DNA of 32,000 bases from Pseudidiomarina andamanensis (GCF_009734345.1 NZ_CP032551.1:630001-662000), one strand, 5' to 3'. Positions 1-9,841 are shown, numbered from the stretch's first letter. Numbers and translations are program-made. The notes: a model not told the origin generated them from the letters alone.

Positions 1-893
1 TGCCCGATAACCGATTCGACATTCAAAAAGTCTTGATCGGTTGCGGTGTTTGCGTCGGCAAGCACGTAGCGCGAATTAAAAACGTTAAGGCCTTTGTTTT
101 CCATTGCGCCCATGTTGAAGAAATCAACCGCAACAATCATGTAAATATCGAGATCGTACTCAAGGCCAAAACGCTCTTCGTCCCAGCGCATTGAGTTTTT
201 CAGCGAGGTCATTGCAAATTCAGCTTGCTTAAGATTGCCTTTATCAACAAACAACTCAAGCCGCACGTTACGCCCATTGCAGGTGGTGAATTTATCAGTA
301 AGAACGTCAAAATCACCGGCAACCAAAGCAAACAAATAAGCAGGCTTTGGATGCGGGTCGTGCCAAGTTACCCAATGCGTACCATCGTTGTTATCACCTT
401 GTTTGATGTTATTGCCGTTACTCAATAAATACGGGTAACGCTGTTTGTCAGCAATAATTGTGGTAGTAAATTCGGCCAGCACATCAGGTCGATCTAAATA
501 ATAGGTAATGCGACGAAAACCTTCTGCTTCACATTGTGTGCAAAATGCCCCACCCGACTTATATAAGCCTTCGAGTGCCGTATTGGCTGACGGATTTATG
601 GCGTTGATGATGATTAACTCAAATGGCGTGGCTGGCACTTGGGTAATTTCAAGATGCTTATCAGTTACGTGATAAGTTTCTGGTGAGAGTACTTCGCCGT
701 TGATTTCAACTTGCTGTAGGGTTAAATGTTCACCATGAAGGCGCAAGGCTTTACCGTGTTGCTGTGGCTCCACCAACATACGGCTGGTAACAATGGTGCG
801 CTGTTCATCAAGTTGAAAGGTTAAATCGATACGCTGAATAAGAAACTCCGGAGCGCGATAATCACTCCGGAATTTTGCTGTTGATGCTGTCAT
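1..893 (-). CDS. pepN: Aminopeptidase N, N-terminal ~297 codons (partial; continues past the left edge)
   Basis: Not in the ORF track because it runs off the window. Minus-strand translation from the ATG at 891-893 gives MTASTAKFRSDYRAPEFLIQRIDLTFQLDE...ALEGLYKSGGAFCTQCEAEGFRRITYYLDRPDVLAEFTT...DFFNMGAMENKGLNVFNSRYVLA...VESVIG. This is nearly colinear with the E. coli PepN N-terminus and includes the GAMEN exopeptidase motif. The window ends just before the HExxH motif. Confidence 0.9.
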   Translation of the reverse strand, partial: MTASTAKFRSDYRAPEFLIQRIDLTFQLDEQRTIVTSRMLVEPQQHGKALRLHGEHLTLQQVEINGEVLSPETYHVTDKHLEITQVPATPFELIIINAINPSANTALEGLYKSGGAFCTQCEAEGFRRITYYLDRPDVLAEFTTTIIADKQRYPYLLSNGNNIKQGDNNDGTHWVTWHDPHPKPAYLFALVAGDFDVLTDKFTTCNGRNVRLELFVDKGNLKQAEFAMTSLKNSMRWDEERFGLEYDLDIYMIVAVDFFNMGAMENKGLNVFNSRYVLADANTATDQDFLNVESVIG

Positions 894-915
894 AACTACC
901 TATGATGCGGTTAAT

Positions 916-2379
916 TTAGGCGGCGGTTTTTGCTGCTGGCAAACGCAAAATTCTAATGCCAGTATAAGCATAGAACAATGCCATTAGCGGTGTTATCCAG
1001 TTAAAAAATGCGAACGGTGCATAAATCCAAGGACTAACACCCAGAGCACCCATCATAAACGCACCACAAGTATTCCATGGGATTAACGCTGAGGTTAATG
1101 TTGCGCTATCTTCAAGCGTACGCGATAACACGCGTGGGTCGAGTCCACGGCGTTCAAATTCTTCTCGGTACATGCGTCCTGGCAACACAATCGCCATATA
1201 TTGATCGGCGGTTAATACATTAGCACCAAAACAGGTGAATAACGTGGCCGCAATGAGACTACCGAGCGATTTTACATAGCCAAGCATGCCAGAAATTAGG
1301 CGCTGCAATAACCCAAGTTTTTCCATGATTGCGCCAAAGGTCATGGCACTCAGAATCAACCAAACGGTATTCAACATACTCGACATACCGCCTCCGCTCA
1401 GCAAGTCGTCAAGATCAGCTGAACCGGTCTCAATGGTCACGCCGTCGCTAAGTGCAGTCCATACTACTTTGACAGCGCCTACAATTGAGGTGTCATCGCC
1501 AGCTAGTTTATTGACCATTTCTGGTTGGAATATCAATGCCCAAACACCGCCAAGTAAAGCACCGAAAAACACGGTTGGTAGTGCAGGCTTTCTCGTTGCG
1601 GCTAAGTAAAGAAGTACCAACAGTGGTACCAACATTACCCAGCCAATATTGAAGGTGTTACTGAGTTCCAATTGCATTCTTTCAAGTTCAAGCAAACTAA
1701 CCGAACTATCGGCATTGAAGCCCAATAACACAAAGATAATTAGGGTAATAATAAATGCCGGACCTGCGGTGTATGCCATATAGCGAATATGCGCAAACAA
1801 TTCAGTGCCAGCTACAGCTGGAGCTAAATTTGTGGTATCGCTAAGCGGCGACATTTTGTCACCAAAATAAGCGCCTGAGACAACAGCTCCAGCTGTAATA
1901 GCTGGCGACAAATCCATCCCTGCAGCGACGCCCATTAGCGCCACACCGATGGTAGCGGCTGTTGTCCATGAACTACCAATGGCAAGTGAAATGATGGCAC
2001 AGATCAAAGCTGTTGCTGCATAGAACCAACTCGGGTTCAGCAACTCCAAACCGAAATAGATCATGCTCGGCACGGTACCAGCTAATAACCATGTACCAAT
2101 CAACGAGCCTACCGCTAAAATAATCAATAACGCACCGAGAGCAACCGAAATGCCCTCTTTAATGCCATCTTCGATTTGTTCCCAACTGACTTTGTTGTAG
2201 AAGCCAATGGCGAGCGCCACACCTGCAGCAACCCACAGCGCTATCTGATTTGGGCCGTAAGAAGAATCTTCACCATAGAAGTAAACTGAGAGCGCCAACA
2301 TGACAATCAACGCTAACAGCGGCAATGCTGCTTGTATTATGGTTGGAGTACGCAGCCCCACCTTTGTTGTATTTTGCAT
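916..2379 (-). CDS. nhaC: Na+/H+ antiporter, NhaC family
   Basis: 487 aa polytopic membrane protein. The pattern (GSSWTTAATIGVALMG, YFGDKMSPLSDTTNLA, IPWNTCGAFM) is typical of the NhaC family. Confidence 0.85.
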   Translation of the reverse strand: MQNTTKVGLRTPTIIQAALPLLALIVMLALSVYFYGEDSSYGPNQIALWVAAGVALAIGFYNKVSWEQIEDGIKEGISVALGALLIILAVGSLIGTWLLAGTVPSMIYFGLELLNPSWFYAATALICAIISLAIGSSWTTAATIGVALMGVAAGMDLSPAITAGAVVSGAYFGDKMSPLSDTTNLAPAVAGTELFAHIRYMAYTAGPAFIITLIIFVLLGFNADSSVSLLELERMQLELSNTFNIGWVMLVPLLVLLYLAATRKPALPTVFFGALLGGVWALIFQPEMVNKLAGDDTSIVGAVKVVWTALSDGVTIETGSADLDDLLSGGGMSSMLNTVWLILSAMTFGAIMEKLGLLQRLISGMLGYVKSLGSLIAATLFTCFGANVLTADQYMAIVLPGRMYREEFERRGLDPRVLSRTLEDSATLTSALIPWNTCGAFMMGALGVSPWIYAPFAFFNWITPLMALFYAYTGIRILRLPAAKTAA

Positions 2380-2401
2380 AAATATTCTCTAAGCCCGGAA
2401 A

Positions 2402-3784
2402 TTAAAACTGAATGATACCGATCAGTTGTAGAAAAATCAGAATAATTGCTATCGGCGCCAAATAGCGCACGATGAAGTGCCAAACTTTAAATGCGAGTGG
2501 CTGTGTATCGAGCTCGTCTTGGCTGAATGTTGTCTTCATCACCCACCCAGCAAAAATTGCAAGCAATAGACCACCTAAAGGAAGCAAAATATTTGACGTT
2601 GCGTAATCAATGACATCAAACCAGCTCTTCAGCTCCTTCTCACCAACTTGCCAACTAAGTTGTGTCCAGTCAGCACCACTGAAACTATAGATAGTAATTT
2701 GGCCAAGTAACCATAAAGTGAAGCCAGCGCCCATTGTTGCAGTCCAGCGACCTAAATTAAAACGCTCTTCTAAGAATGCAACCGCTGATTCAATCATTGC
2801 AATGGCAGATGTAAACGCTGCTATAACCAGCATAATGAAAAATACGGTTCCTAATGCGGTACCGCCTGGCATTTGGCTAAATGCTACTGGAAGCGTTTGG
2901 AAAATAAGGCCAGGGCCAGCTTCAGGTGTTAATTGACTACCGAAAACGATGGGGAAAATCGCTAAGCCGGCAAGCAGTGCAACAAACGTATCTGCAAGAG
3001 CCACCCAAAACGATGTTTGAATAATTGAGGTAGACTTTGACAAATAAGCGCCGTACATAATCACCACGCCTGAGGCGAGCCCTAGAGAGAAGAAAGCATG
3101 CCCCAGGGCTAACATCACGCCATTAATTGATAACTCCGAGAAGTCTGGTGCGAACATAAACTCAATGGCTGCACCAAAATCACCAATATATGCCGCGTAG
3201 CCCGCTAGACCGATTAACAGAATTACCATGGCTGGCAGCATCCACGACACAGCGCGTTCTAGGCCGTCTTTGATGCCATTACCAACCACTAAAACGACAC
3301 CGACAATAATTGCTGCATGCCATACCGTAAGCTCAGCAGAAGAACTGACTAAACCACCAAAAATATCACTGATTTCTTGAACACTGGCGCCACTAAAACT
3401 GCCGCTAGCAGCCTTAAAGACATAAGCAAGTGCCCAGCCAGCAATAACAGCGTAGAAACTCAGCACTAAAAAGCCGGTGAGCATTCCCAACCAACCCGTG
3501 ATTTGCCATGCTTGGCTTCGGCCTGATTCCAGCGCTAGTTTCAGAGCGGCATAACCAGGACTATGGCGTCCCCGCCGACCAATCACGATTTCGGCAATCA
3601 TAATTGGCAAGCCAATACCGGCAATACAAAGCAGGTAAACTAAAACAAATGCCCCACCGCCGTTCTCGCCAGTAATATAAGGGAACTTCCAAATATTACC
3701 GAGACCGACAGCGGCTGCCGTTGACGCCAGAATAAAGAGTAAGCGACTCGACCAGCGATTCGCGATAGAGGGAGACTCGTGCAT
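2402..3784 (-). CDS. Sodium-dependent transporter, neurotransmitter:sodium symporter (NSS/SNF) family
   Basis: Carries the NSS signature RWSSRLLFILASTAAAVGLGNIWKFPY near the N-terminus and about 11-12 predicted TM segments. I moved the start to the internal ATG (MHESPS...) because the longer ORF (to 3856) would read through the prc terminator hairpin. No obvious Shine-Dalgarno sequence. Confidence 0.8.
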   Translation of the reverse strand: MHESPSIANRWSSRLLFILASTAAAVGLGNIWKFPYITGENGGGAFVLVYLLCIAGIGLPIMIAEIVIGRRGRHSPGYAALKLALESGRSQAWQITGWLGMLTGFLVLSFYAVIAGWALAYVFKAASGSFSGASVQEISDIFGGLVSSSAELTVWHAAIIVGVVLVVGNGIKDGLERAVSWMLPAMVILLIGLAGYAAYIGDFGAAIEFMFAPDFSELSINGVMLALGHAFFSLGLASGVVIMYGAYLSKSTSIIQTSFWVALADTFVALLAGLAIFPIVFGSQLTPEAGPGLIFQTLPVAFSQMPGGTALGTVFFIMLVIAAFTSAIAMIESAVAFLEERFNLGRWTATMGAGFTLWLLGQITIYSFSGADWTQLSWQVGEKELKSWFDVIDYATSNILLPLGGLLLAIFAGWVMKTTFSQDELDTQPLAFKVWHFIVRYLAPIAIILIFLQLIGIIQF

Positions 3785-3823
3785 GACTGTTGTTGTCCGT
3801 ATTTTATTATCGTTTTTATTTTT

Positions 3824-3850
3824 ATAAAAAAGCCGCGTGTAGCGGCTTTT
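3824..3850 (-). terminator. Rho-independent terminator downstream of prc
   Basis: Minus strand reads AGCCGC-tacac-GCGGCT followed by TTTTTTAT, 24 nt after the prc stop. Confidence 0.7.
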
Positions 3851-3873
3851 AATCACTTACTATGAGCAATAAA

Positions 3874-5940
3874 TTAATTCATTGCCAATTTATGTGCATC
3901 AATTAAAGCAAAGCTTAAACTCACCGTCTCTTCGAGATATGGGTCATCAATTTCAAGATCACTAGGAATATCTTCTACTTTTTCCACCGGATCCATACCT
4001 AAGCGTTGTAATCGCGCATTTGCACGTTGAAGTTTCTTCGCTTCTTCTTCTGCTTGCTCAGCTTTGCGTTCGTCTAATACAAGGCTAACCCAAGTTTTGT
4101 CTTTTTCAGCTTCGTACTCTTTAATATCCTGAAAAATAAACTTGAATTCAGGGTTGCTCTCAACTTGCGCGTTTAACTTAGTTTGCCATTGGTCGAACTT
4201 CGTTGTTGGCAGTATACTCAACGGCTGATACTGCGCGGCAGGAAGCTGATCCCAAGGTAACGCATTCTCTTGACTACTCTCCCCAAACTCTTCGGCATCA
4301 ATCATCGATGGTAAGGTCAAGTCTGGTTCAACGCCACGCATTTGTGTACTGCCACCGTTAATGCGGTAAAACTTCGCTATGGTGAATTGGACGCTGCCCA
4401 ATGGCTCTTCATAATTATCAAATGGATACATTTGTAATGCTCGGTGATGCTGCACCGTACCTTTACCGTAGGTGTTTTCACCGATAATCACAGCGCGCTG
4501 ATAATCTTGCAGAGCTGCAGCAAAAATTTCCGACGCCGAAGCACTGTAACGATCAACCATAACCATCAGAGGGCCATCATAGTAAGTTTTGCCGTCACGG
4601 TCGCCGTTGATATCGCGACGCTTGCGACCATCAAGAATTTGAACCACAGGGCCTTTATCGATAAATAGGCCTGTTAACGTAATCGCTTCGGCCAATGAGC
4701 CGCCACCATTACCACGTAAATCAATAACGATACCTTCTACATCCTGCTCTTTTGCTTCCGCAATAAGCTTTTCGACGTTCTCAGTCAGACCGTTATAGAA
4801 GCCGGGAATCTCAATAACGCCCATTTTCCGACCAGCGTACTTACCCTCTTCAGGTGATTCAATTTCAAGCTTGGCTGCTCGGTCTTCCAACTTCACCTTG
4901 TCACGCACAATCGCGATTTCGGTTGGCTTGCTGCCAGCACTTTGATTTGCTTTTAATACTTGCAAGATAACTGTTGAACCTTTGGGCCCTTTGATGAGTT
5001 CAACCACTTCATCAAGACGCCAGCCGATTACATCAACAAACTCGACATGGTCTTCATCGCCTTGCGCGACACCAACAATTTTATCGTCAACGGCGAGCTC
5101 GCCACTTTTATCAGCTGGACCGCCCGGAACAAGGCTACGAATAACGGTATAGTCGTATTCCGCTTGCAATACGGCACCTATCCCTTCTAGAGATAAGTTC
5201 ATATTTTGCTCAAATCGTTCTGCGTTGCTCGGTGATAAATAACTGGTATGTGCTTCAACACTGCGTGCGAAAGCATTCATCACGGTTTGGAATACATCTT
5301 CGCTGTTAGTCTGTGTCAGACGCTTAAGGGCATTGTTGTATCGTTTACCCAGCGTCTCAACAACTTCAGACCACTCTTTTCCAGCAAGTGTTAAATTCAA
5401 GGCATCGTATTTCACGCGTTGGCGCCACAATTCATCAAGTTCAGCGCTTGAGGTTGCCCATTCGGCATCTTCACGTTGAAAATGATACTTATCACCAGCA
5501 ACAGTAAAATCGAATGGTTGCTCTTCATCGAGTAAAGAGAGCGCATAAGTGTAACGCTCAAAACGACGATCGAGAGATTTCGCATAAAGCGAATAAGCCG
5601 CATTAAGTTTGCCGGTCAGAATCATGTCATCAAATAAATGCTTATATTCCTGAGCCTGTTCAACATCGTTGGCTAAAAGAAACATTTTGCTGTAATCCAG
5701 CATTTCAAGATAACGCTCTAAAATTTGCTCAGATAACGCATTATCAAGTTCCATTTGCTTGAAGTGATCACGTGTAAAGAAGCGAGCAACGCGACCACTA
5801 GCAACCGGATGTTGCTCTTGTGGCTTCAACTGCGGTAACTCATCAGGTGAATGCGCAGGTGGAATCGCCCACGCAGCACTTGAGATGGCGGCAGTCAGCG
5901 ATATAACGAGAGCACTCTTAAACTTCACACGCTTAGTCAT
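3874..5940 (-). CDS. prc: Tail-specific (C-terminal processing) protease Prc, S41 family
   Basis: 688 aa with a signal peptide, a PDZ region (GIGAVLQ...GGPADKSG) and the S41 core (DLRGNGGGSL, ASASEIFA..., GxxTYGKGTVQ). It sits downstream of proQ, as in E. coli. Confidence 0.92.
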   Translation of the reverse strand: MTKRVKFKSALVISLTAAISSAAWAIPPAHSPDELPQLKPQEQHPVASGRVARFFTRDHFKQMELDNALSEQILERYLEMLDYSKMFLLANDVEQAQEYKHLFDDMILTGKLNAAYSLYAKSLDRRFERYTYALSLLDEEQPFDFTVAGDKYHFQREDAEWATSSAELDELWRQRVKYDALNLTLAGKEWSEVVETLGKRYNNALKRLTQTNSEDVFQTVMNAFARSVEAHTSYLSPSNAERFEQNMNLSLEGIGAVLQAEYDYTVIRSLVPGGPADKSGELAVDDKIVGVAQGDEDHVEFVDVIGWRLDEVVELIKGPKGSTVILQVLKANQSAGSKPTEIAIVRDKVKLEDRAAKLEIESPEEGKYAGRKMGVIEIPGFYNGLTENVEKLIAEAKEQDVEGIVIDLRGNGGGSLAEAITLTGLFIDKGPVVQILDGRKRRDINGDRDGKTYYDGPLMVMVDRYSASASEIFAAALQDYQRAVIIGENTYGKGTVQHHRALQMYPFDNYEEPLGSVQFTIAKFYRINGGSTQMRGVEPDLTLPSMIDAEEFGESSQENALPWDQLPAAQYQPLSILPTTKFDQWQTKLNAQVESNPEFKFIFQDIKEYEAEKDKTWVSLVLDERKAEQAEEEAKKLQRANARLQRLGMDPVEKVEDIPSDLEIDDPYLEETVSLSFALIDAHKLAMN

Positions 5941-5952
5941 ACTTCCCTACTC

Positions 5953-6630
5953 CTATTTGGTGACAAATACAGCGTTTACATTCACTTTGACCGTCAGGCC
6001 GTTTTGAAGTTGCACATAAATGTCATCACGGTCAATTTCTGTTACCTGTCCGGCCACTGGCGAATTACCCGCCTTCACCTGAACTTGTTGACCTACCTTA
6101 AGCTCAGACCCAGTCACAGCTTGTAAATCAAGTTTAGGAGCCGCTTTCGGTTTGGTCGCAGCAGGCTTACCCGCGGTCGTTTTTTTCACTGGCCGCTTCG
6201 CTCGCGCTTTACGAGCTTCTTGATTGGCTGGTGTTGCTTTTGGTGCTTTCGCAGCCTGCTCTTTGCGCTTTGCCGCTGCCCGTTCTGCCGCTGCGGCTTT
6301 TGATTCCGCTAAAGTTTGCTCAGCATGTTGCTGATGCTCTTCTTCAATAATACCAGCCTCAGCACCATCGAGATCAACGCGTTTTGCGCCAACTTTCACG
6401 CTACGTAGATAACGCCAACTGTTGGTATAATGCCGTAAAGCGGTACGTAGCCGTGTTTTACTCACCGCCTCATCATTCTCTAAACGGGTGGCTAAATCTT
6501 CAAAAATACCAATCTTTAGTGGCTGTGCATCACCTTCGAGTGAAAAACACTGTGGAAATTTTTCGGCAAGATAGGCAATTACTTCTTTGGTATTGGTAAT
6601 CTTTTTAACGTCAGTCGTCATCTTCATCAA
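5953..6630 (-). CDS. proQ: RNA chaperone ProQ (FinO-like N-domain, basic linker, Tudor-like C-domain)
   Basis: N-terminus VIAYLAEKFPQCFSLEGDAQPLKIGIFEDLA...LRTALRHYTNSWRYL matches ProQ/FinO. It is followed by an Ala/Lys-rich linker and a C-terminal domain. The start could be any of three ATGs (6630, 6627 or 6621). Confidence 0.9.
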   Translation of the reverse strand: MMKMTTDVKKITNTKEVIAYLAEKFPQCFSLEGDAQPLKIGIFEDLATRLENDEAVSKTRLRTALRHYTNSWRYLRSVKVGAKRVDLDGAEAGIIEEEHQQHAEQTLAESKAAAAERAAAKRKEQAAKAPKATPANQEARKARAKRPVKKTTAGKPAATKPKAAPKLDLQAVTGSELKVGQQVQVKAGNSPVAGQVTEIDRDDIYVQLQNGLTVKVNVNAVFVTK

Positions 6631-6904
6631 ATTCCTGCTGACGTACGTCAGCTAGTTGCTCCATGATATACGCTTGCATTTCTTCACTGTCGAGCCCAAG
6701 TAACTCAGGGTTTTCTATCCACTCGAACAGCACGCGGCGTACAACTTCTTCTAATTGGTCTATGCTGTCATCAGCTTCGCTATAATCAACAATATAATGC
6801 AGCATCTCATTCATTTGATCGGCTGCCGCTTCTTCTTCACCTTCGAAGAAGTGCATGTCACTATAACTGACTAAATAGGCATAAATATCAAACTCACTAT
6901 ACAT
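6611..6904 (-). CDS. Hypothetical highly acidic small protein (97 aa from the ATG at 6904; an alternative GTG lies at 6922)
   Basis: ORF lies between msrC and proQ on the same strand, and its 3' end overlaps the proQ start by 11-20 nt. It has 30 Asp/Glu, 3 Arg and no Lys. I recognise no family and see no clear Shine-Dalgarno sequence. Confidence 0.5.
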   Translation of the reverse strand: MYSEFDIYAYLVSYSDMHFFEGEEEAAADQMNEMLHYIVDYSEADDSIDQLEEVVRRVLFEWIENPELLGLDSEEMQAYIMEQLADVRQQEFDEDDD

Positions 6905-6937
6905 AACGGTCTTCTGAAGCACTATGCAACTTAAGCA

Positions 6938-7399
6938 TTAGCGCCAATTGAGTTGTTCAATAAAGCGGCCTAATTTTGTTAAACCATCGGCATCGTCCTG
7001 ACTAAAGCGCCCTACCGATGGGCTATCTAAATCAAATACACCCACCACGTTGCCATCAACGATCAGCGGCACAACCACCTCTGAATTTGACGCTGCATCG
7101 CAAGCGATATGACCGTCAAAATCATGCACATCAACGACCAACTGAGTTTCGCGAGTTGCTGCAGCTGTGCCACAAACACCACGTCCAAATGGTATGCGCA
7201 AGCAGGCCACTTTACCTTGAAATGGGCCTAACACCAAGGTTTCCGCTTCACGAGTTAAGTAAAATCCAACCCAATTTACATTTTCAAGAGTCTCATAAAC
7301 CAGTGCGGACAAATTACTTAAATTCGCAATAAGGTCTGGCTCGCCTGCCGTAATAGCCTTAGCTTGTTCTAATAACAATTCGTAATCAGTGGTATGCAT
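6938..7399 (-). CDS. msrC: GAF-domain free methionine-(R)-sulfoxide reductase (YebR/MsrC-like)
   Basis: 153 aa. Motifs GKVACLRIPFGRGVCGTAA and DGHIACDAASNSE match E. coli YebR, including the catalytic Cys residues. Synteny with proQ-prc supports the call. Confidence 0.85.
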   Translation of the reverse strand: MHTTDYELLLEQAKAITAGEPDLIANLSNLSALVYETLENVNWVGFYLTREAETLVLGPFQGKVACLRIPFGRGVCGTAAATRETQLVVDVHDFDGHIACDAASNSEVVVPLIVDGNVVGVFDLDSPSVGRFSQDDADGLTKLGRFIEQLNWR

Positions 7400-7410
7400 A
7401 TAAAAAACGC

Positions 7411-7701
7411 TTATGCCTCGTTTTGATTGTTGAGAGAGAAGCTAGCAATGGTATTTTCGCCTTTTAATTCAGCTTTCATATCACGTTTACTACGTGTTAC
7501 AAGCTGGCCATCAGCACCAATACGGAAAGCTTCATCAGAGGGACAATATTTTGCCTGATAAGCCATCACAAGCTGTATACAGTGTTCGCGCTGTTGCTCA
7601 GATAATTTCGCGCCATCAGGCCACTTACCTAACTCAACGGCTTGTAATAAACGCTCGAATGTTTCTGGCGTAATCGATGAAACTAAGTCGTCAAACTGCA
7701 T
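7411..7701 (-). CDS. yeaC: YeaC-like protein (DUF1315 family)
   Basis: 96 aa. The ITPETFERLLQAVELGKWPDG...L..QQ...C.Q pattern resembles E. coli YeaC. Its start overlaps the upstream stop (TAATG). Confidence 0.75.
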   Translation of the reverse strand: MQFDDLVSSITPETFERLLQAVELGKWPDGAKLSEQQREHCIQLVMAYQAKYCPSDEAFRIGADGQLVTRSKRDMKAELKGENTIASFSLNNQNEA

Positions 7702-8030
7702 TAATAGCGACTCCTTTTAATGAAAACCAAGCGCACGCGGTTCGCGACGAACCAAACGAGGCCAGCAACCATGAGGCCGTAGGAAATTTTTGCTGCCCAC
7801 GTTTCTGGTAATGGTTGCTGAATAAAATAATAAGTAAACGCCGCAATGGCGATCAGTAGCGCCAACATCGATTGACCAACAATTTTTTCGCGCTTGGCGG
7901 CAAGCATCCGTTGCATTTCCCGTTCGCGTTCTTCGTTAGATAATCCAGAGAGTTTAAATTCGCAGTGTGGACAATGAGTTGCTTTATCTGATACTCGTTT
8001 TTTACATGCGGGGCAATCGATTAACGCCAT
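7701..8030 (-). CDS. Zinc-ribbon membrane protein (hypothetical)
   Basis: Start moved to MALIDCPACKK...CPHCEF, giving a CPxC...CPxC zinc ribbon followed by two hydrophobic segments. The stop overlaps the yeaC ATG by 1 nt. Confidence 0.6.
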   Translation of the reverse strand: MALIDCPACKKRVSDKATHCPHCEFKLSGLSNEEREREMQRMLAAKREKIVGQSMLALLIAIAAFTYYFIQQPLPETWAAKISYGLMVAGLVWFVANRVRLVFIKRSRY

Positions 8031-8109
8031 GACAACCTCATTTACTTCAATAATGAATAGGCAATATAAGGGATCTGGTTGGAAATTCAAGCGACACGCG
8101 GCGTTTAGA

Positions 8110-8138
8110 TAAATTAAAACCCGCCAAAAGCGGGTTTT
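8110..8138 (-). terminator. Rho-independent terminator downstream of the AGCS transporter gene
   Basis: Minus strand reads AAACCCGC-ttttg-GCGGGTTT followed by TAATTT, about 20 nt after the stop at 8159. Confidence 0.65.
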
Positions 8139-8158
8139 AATTTGTTCCTACCACATAG

Positions 8159-9841
8159 TTACTTGCTGTTCTTTTTTGACTGCTCTGCGTCAAAATCTTG
8201 CCAGTAAGCTTTGACGGTATCTTTCATTTCACGACGCAACAGGACAATACCAAGTAGGTTCGGTAGCGTCATTAAAACGATTGCAACGTAAGATAGCGTC
8301 CACACTAACGTCGTATCGGCAAATGAAGCGACAAAGAAGCCTGCGACATAAATAATGCGATAAGGCATGACGCCGCGTTGCCCAACTAGATAGACAACCG
8401 CACGGTCACCATAGTATGACCAAGCAATGGCTGTTGAAAACGCAAACAACATTAAGCTAATCGGGACAATGTATTCACCAGCTGGCCCCAAAAAGCCCAT
8501 GCTAAAGGCTTTTGATGTTAGAGCAGCTGAGTGTATCAATGAGTCACCAACAATCACGATGTCTTCTTTCTTCAATTGGCCGTTTTCGATGCGTAACACA
8601 CCCGTATACGGGTCTTCGCCAGCCACAATAAAGCGCACATTTTCTGCAACTGAACGCGCATGCAACATAGTATAGCCATTGCTAACCGGACGACCATCGC
8701 GAACTTGGATAGTGCCGCTAAATTTCTCAATCGTGTTCTCTTTCGTATCATTTAAGTAATGGTAGAGAGCTTCACGATCGGCTTGTTCGGCATCTGAATA
8801 ATGTCCTGCAACAATATCAAGGTCGGTACGAGAAAACGTATTTTCGTGTTTCTGTGACCAAACACCAGATGACAAAATAACCAAACCGGTCAAAGTACAA
8901 ATGATAATCGTATCGATGAACGGCTCTAGAATCGATACCATACCTTCTGAAACCGGTTCATCAGCTTTCGCAGATGCGTGTGCAATTGGCGCTGAACCTT
9001 GACCAGCTTCGTTAGAGAACAAACCACGGTTTACACCACGATTGAAAGCATAAGCAAAGGTTGCGCCTAAGAATCCGCCAGTTGCAGCAGAGCCAGTAAA
9101 TGCATCGGTGAAGATAGCGACAAACGATGGACCAATCTGATCGACGTTGAAGAATATGACACTTAATGAGCCAATAACGTATAGAGCGCCCATAATTGGG
9201 ACGATCTTGGATGTTACGGCGGCGATACGGGTGATACCACCAATAATAACCAAGGCTAACAATATCGATAAAACACCACCCACTAGCATTGGGTCAAAGC
9301 CAAAGCTCATCTCCATACTTTGTGCAATATTGTTAATTTGTGGCATGTTGCCGGTACCGAATGAACTAATAATGGTCGCAATCGCAAAAATGACCGCCAA
9401 CCACTTCATGTTCAAGCGGCGATCCATGTAGTACATCGGACCACCAGCCATGGTGCCATCTTCTGTTTTTACGCGATATTTGTGTGAGAGTGTGACTTCA
9501 ACAAACTTGGTTGTCATACCAAGAAATGCGGTTATCCACATCCAAAACAGCGCCGCTGGGCCACCTAAGAAGATTGCTAGTGCAACACCACCAATATTAC
9601 CAGTACCAACCGTTCCCGATAATGCGGTTGATAAGGCTTGAAAATGCGTTGTATCGCCTTCCGCACCTTTTTTATCGAACTTACCAGTCACGACTTTCCA
9701 GGCGTGACCGAAGAAACGTATTTGTGGAAAGCCCAAATACAGCGTAAAGAAAATACCTACACCGAGTAGGATATAAGGAAAGTATGCCGCTGAACCGAGA
9801 TAACTATCGAGTAGTAGCAAAAAATTATTAATGGCTTCCAA
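8159..9841 (-). CDS. Alanine/glycine:cation (sodium) symporter, AGCS family, with an internal insertion of about 107 aa
   Basis: 560 aa with AGCS hallmarks: [31 protein letters not shown]-like, [17 protein letters not shown] and [14 protein letters not shown]. An extra hydrophilic segment spans about aa 331-437. Confidence 0.88.
   Translation of the reverse strand: MEAINNFLLLLDSYLGSAAYFPYILLGVGIFFTLYLGFPQIRFFGHAWKVVTGKFDKKGAEGDTTHFQALSTALSGTVGTGNIGGVALAIFLGGPAALFWMWITAFLGMTTKFVEVTLSHKYRVKTEDGTMAGGPMYYMDRRLNMKWLAVIFAIATIISSFGTGNMPQINNIAQSMEMSFGFDPMLVGGVLSILLALVIIGGITRIAAVTSKIVPIMGALYVIGSLSVIFFNVDQIGPSFVAIFTDAFTGSAATGGFLGATFAYAFNRGVNRGLFSNEAGQGSAPIAHASAKADEPVSEGMVSILEPFIDTIIICTLTGLVILSSGVWSQKHENTFSRTDLDIVAGHYSDAEQADREALYHYLNDTKENTIEKFSGTIQVRDGRPVSNGYTMLHARSVAENVRFIVAGEDPYTGVLRIENGQLKKEDIVIVGDSLIHSAALTSKAFSMGFLGPAGEYIVPISLMLFAFSTAIAWSYYGDRAVVYLVGQRGVMPYRIIYVAGFFVASFADTTLVWTLSYVAIVLMTLPNLLGIVLLRREMKDTVKAYWQDFDAEQSKKNSK

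Noticed and set aside
1286-1609. ORFs from the track that lie antisense or nested within well-supported genes. These are 225..428, 1286..1609, 2718..2936, 4444..4668, 5412..5603, 6384..6599, 7018..7332, 8427..8675, 9147..9431, 9450..9641, 9511..9747, 10647..10835, 11084..11269, 11972..12250, 13285..13749, 13692..14003, 15997..16458, 16775..16960, 19254..19475, 19733..19954, 20009..20191, 20228..20434, 21501..21797, 23296..23640, 23783..24058, 25269..25469, 25872..26141, 26557..26841, 26798..27004, 27085..27360, 27095..27367, 27428..27688, 28545..28754, 28972..29157 and 31170..31535.
   Set aside because: Each lies entirely inside a longer ORF that has clear family motifs, on the opposite strand or in another frame. 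Their translations are low-complexity or Ser/Arg/Pro-rich, as expected for shadow ORFs, and none has a recognisable domain.
2402-3856. Longer N-terminal extensions given in the track for 2402..3856, 7701..8090, 17062..18891, 18836..19717 and 19689..20657.
   Set aside because: The extensions run through a terminator hairpin (3824-3850), overlap neighbouring genes, or precede an internal ATG that has a better Shine-Dalgarno sequence and family-typical N-terminus. I used the shorter starts.
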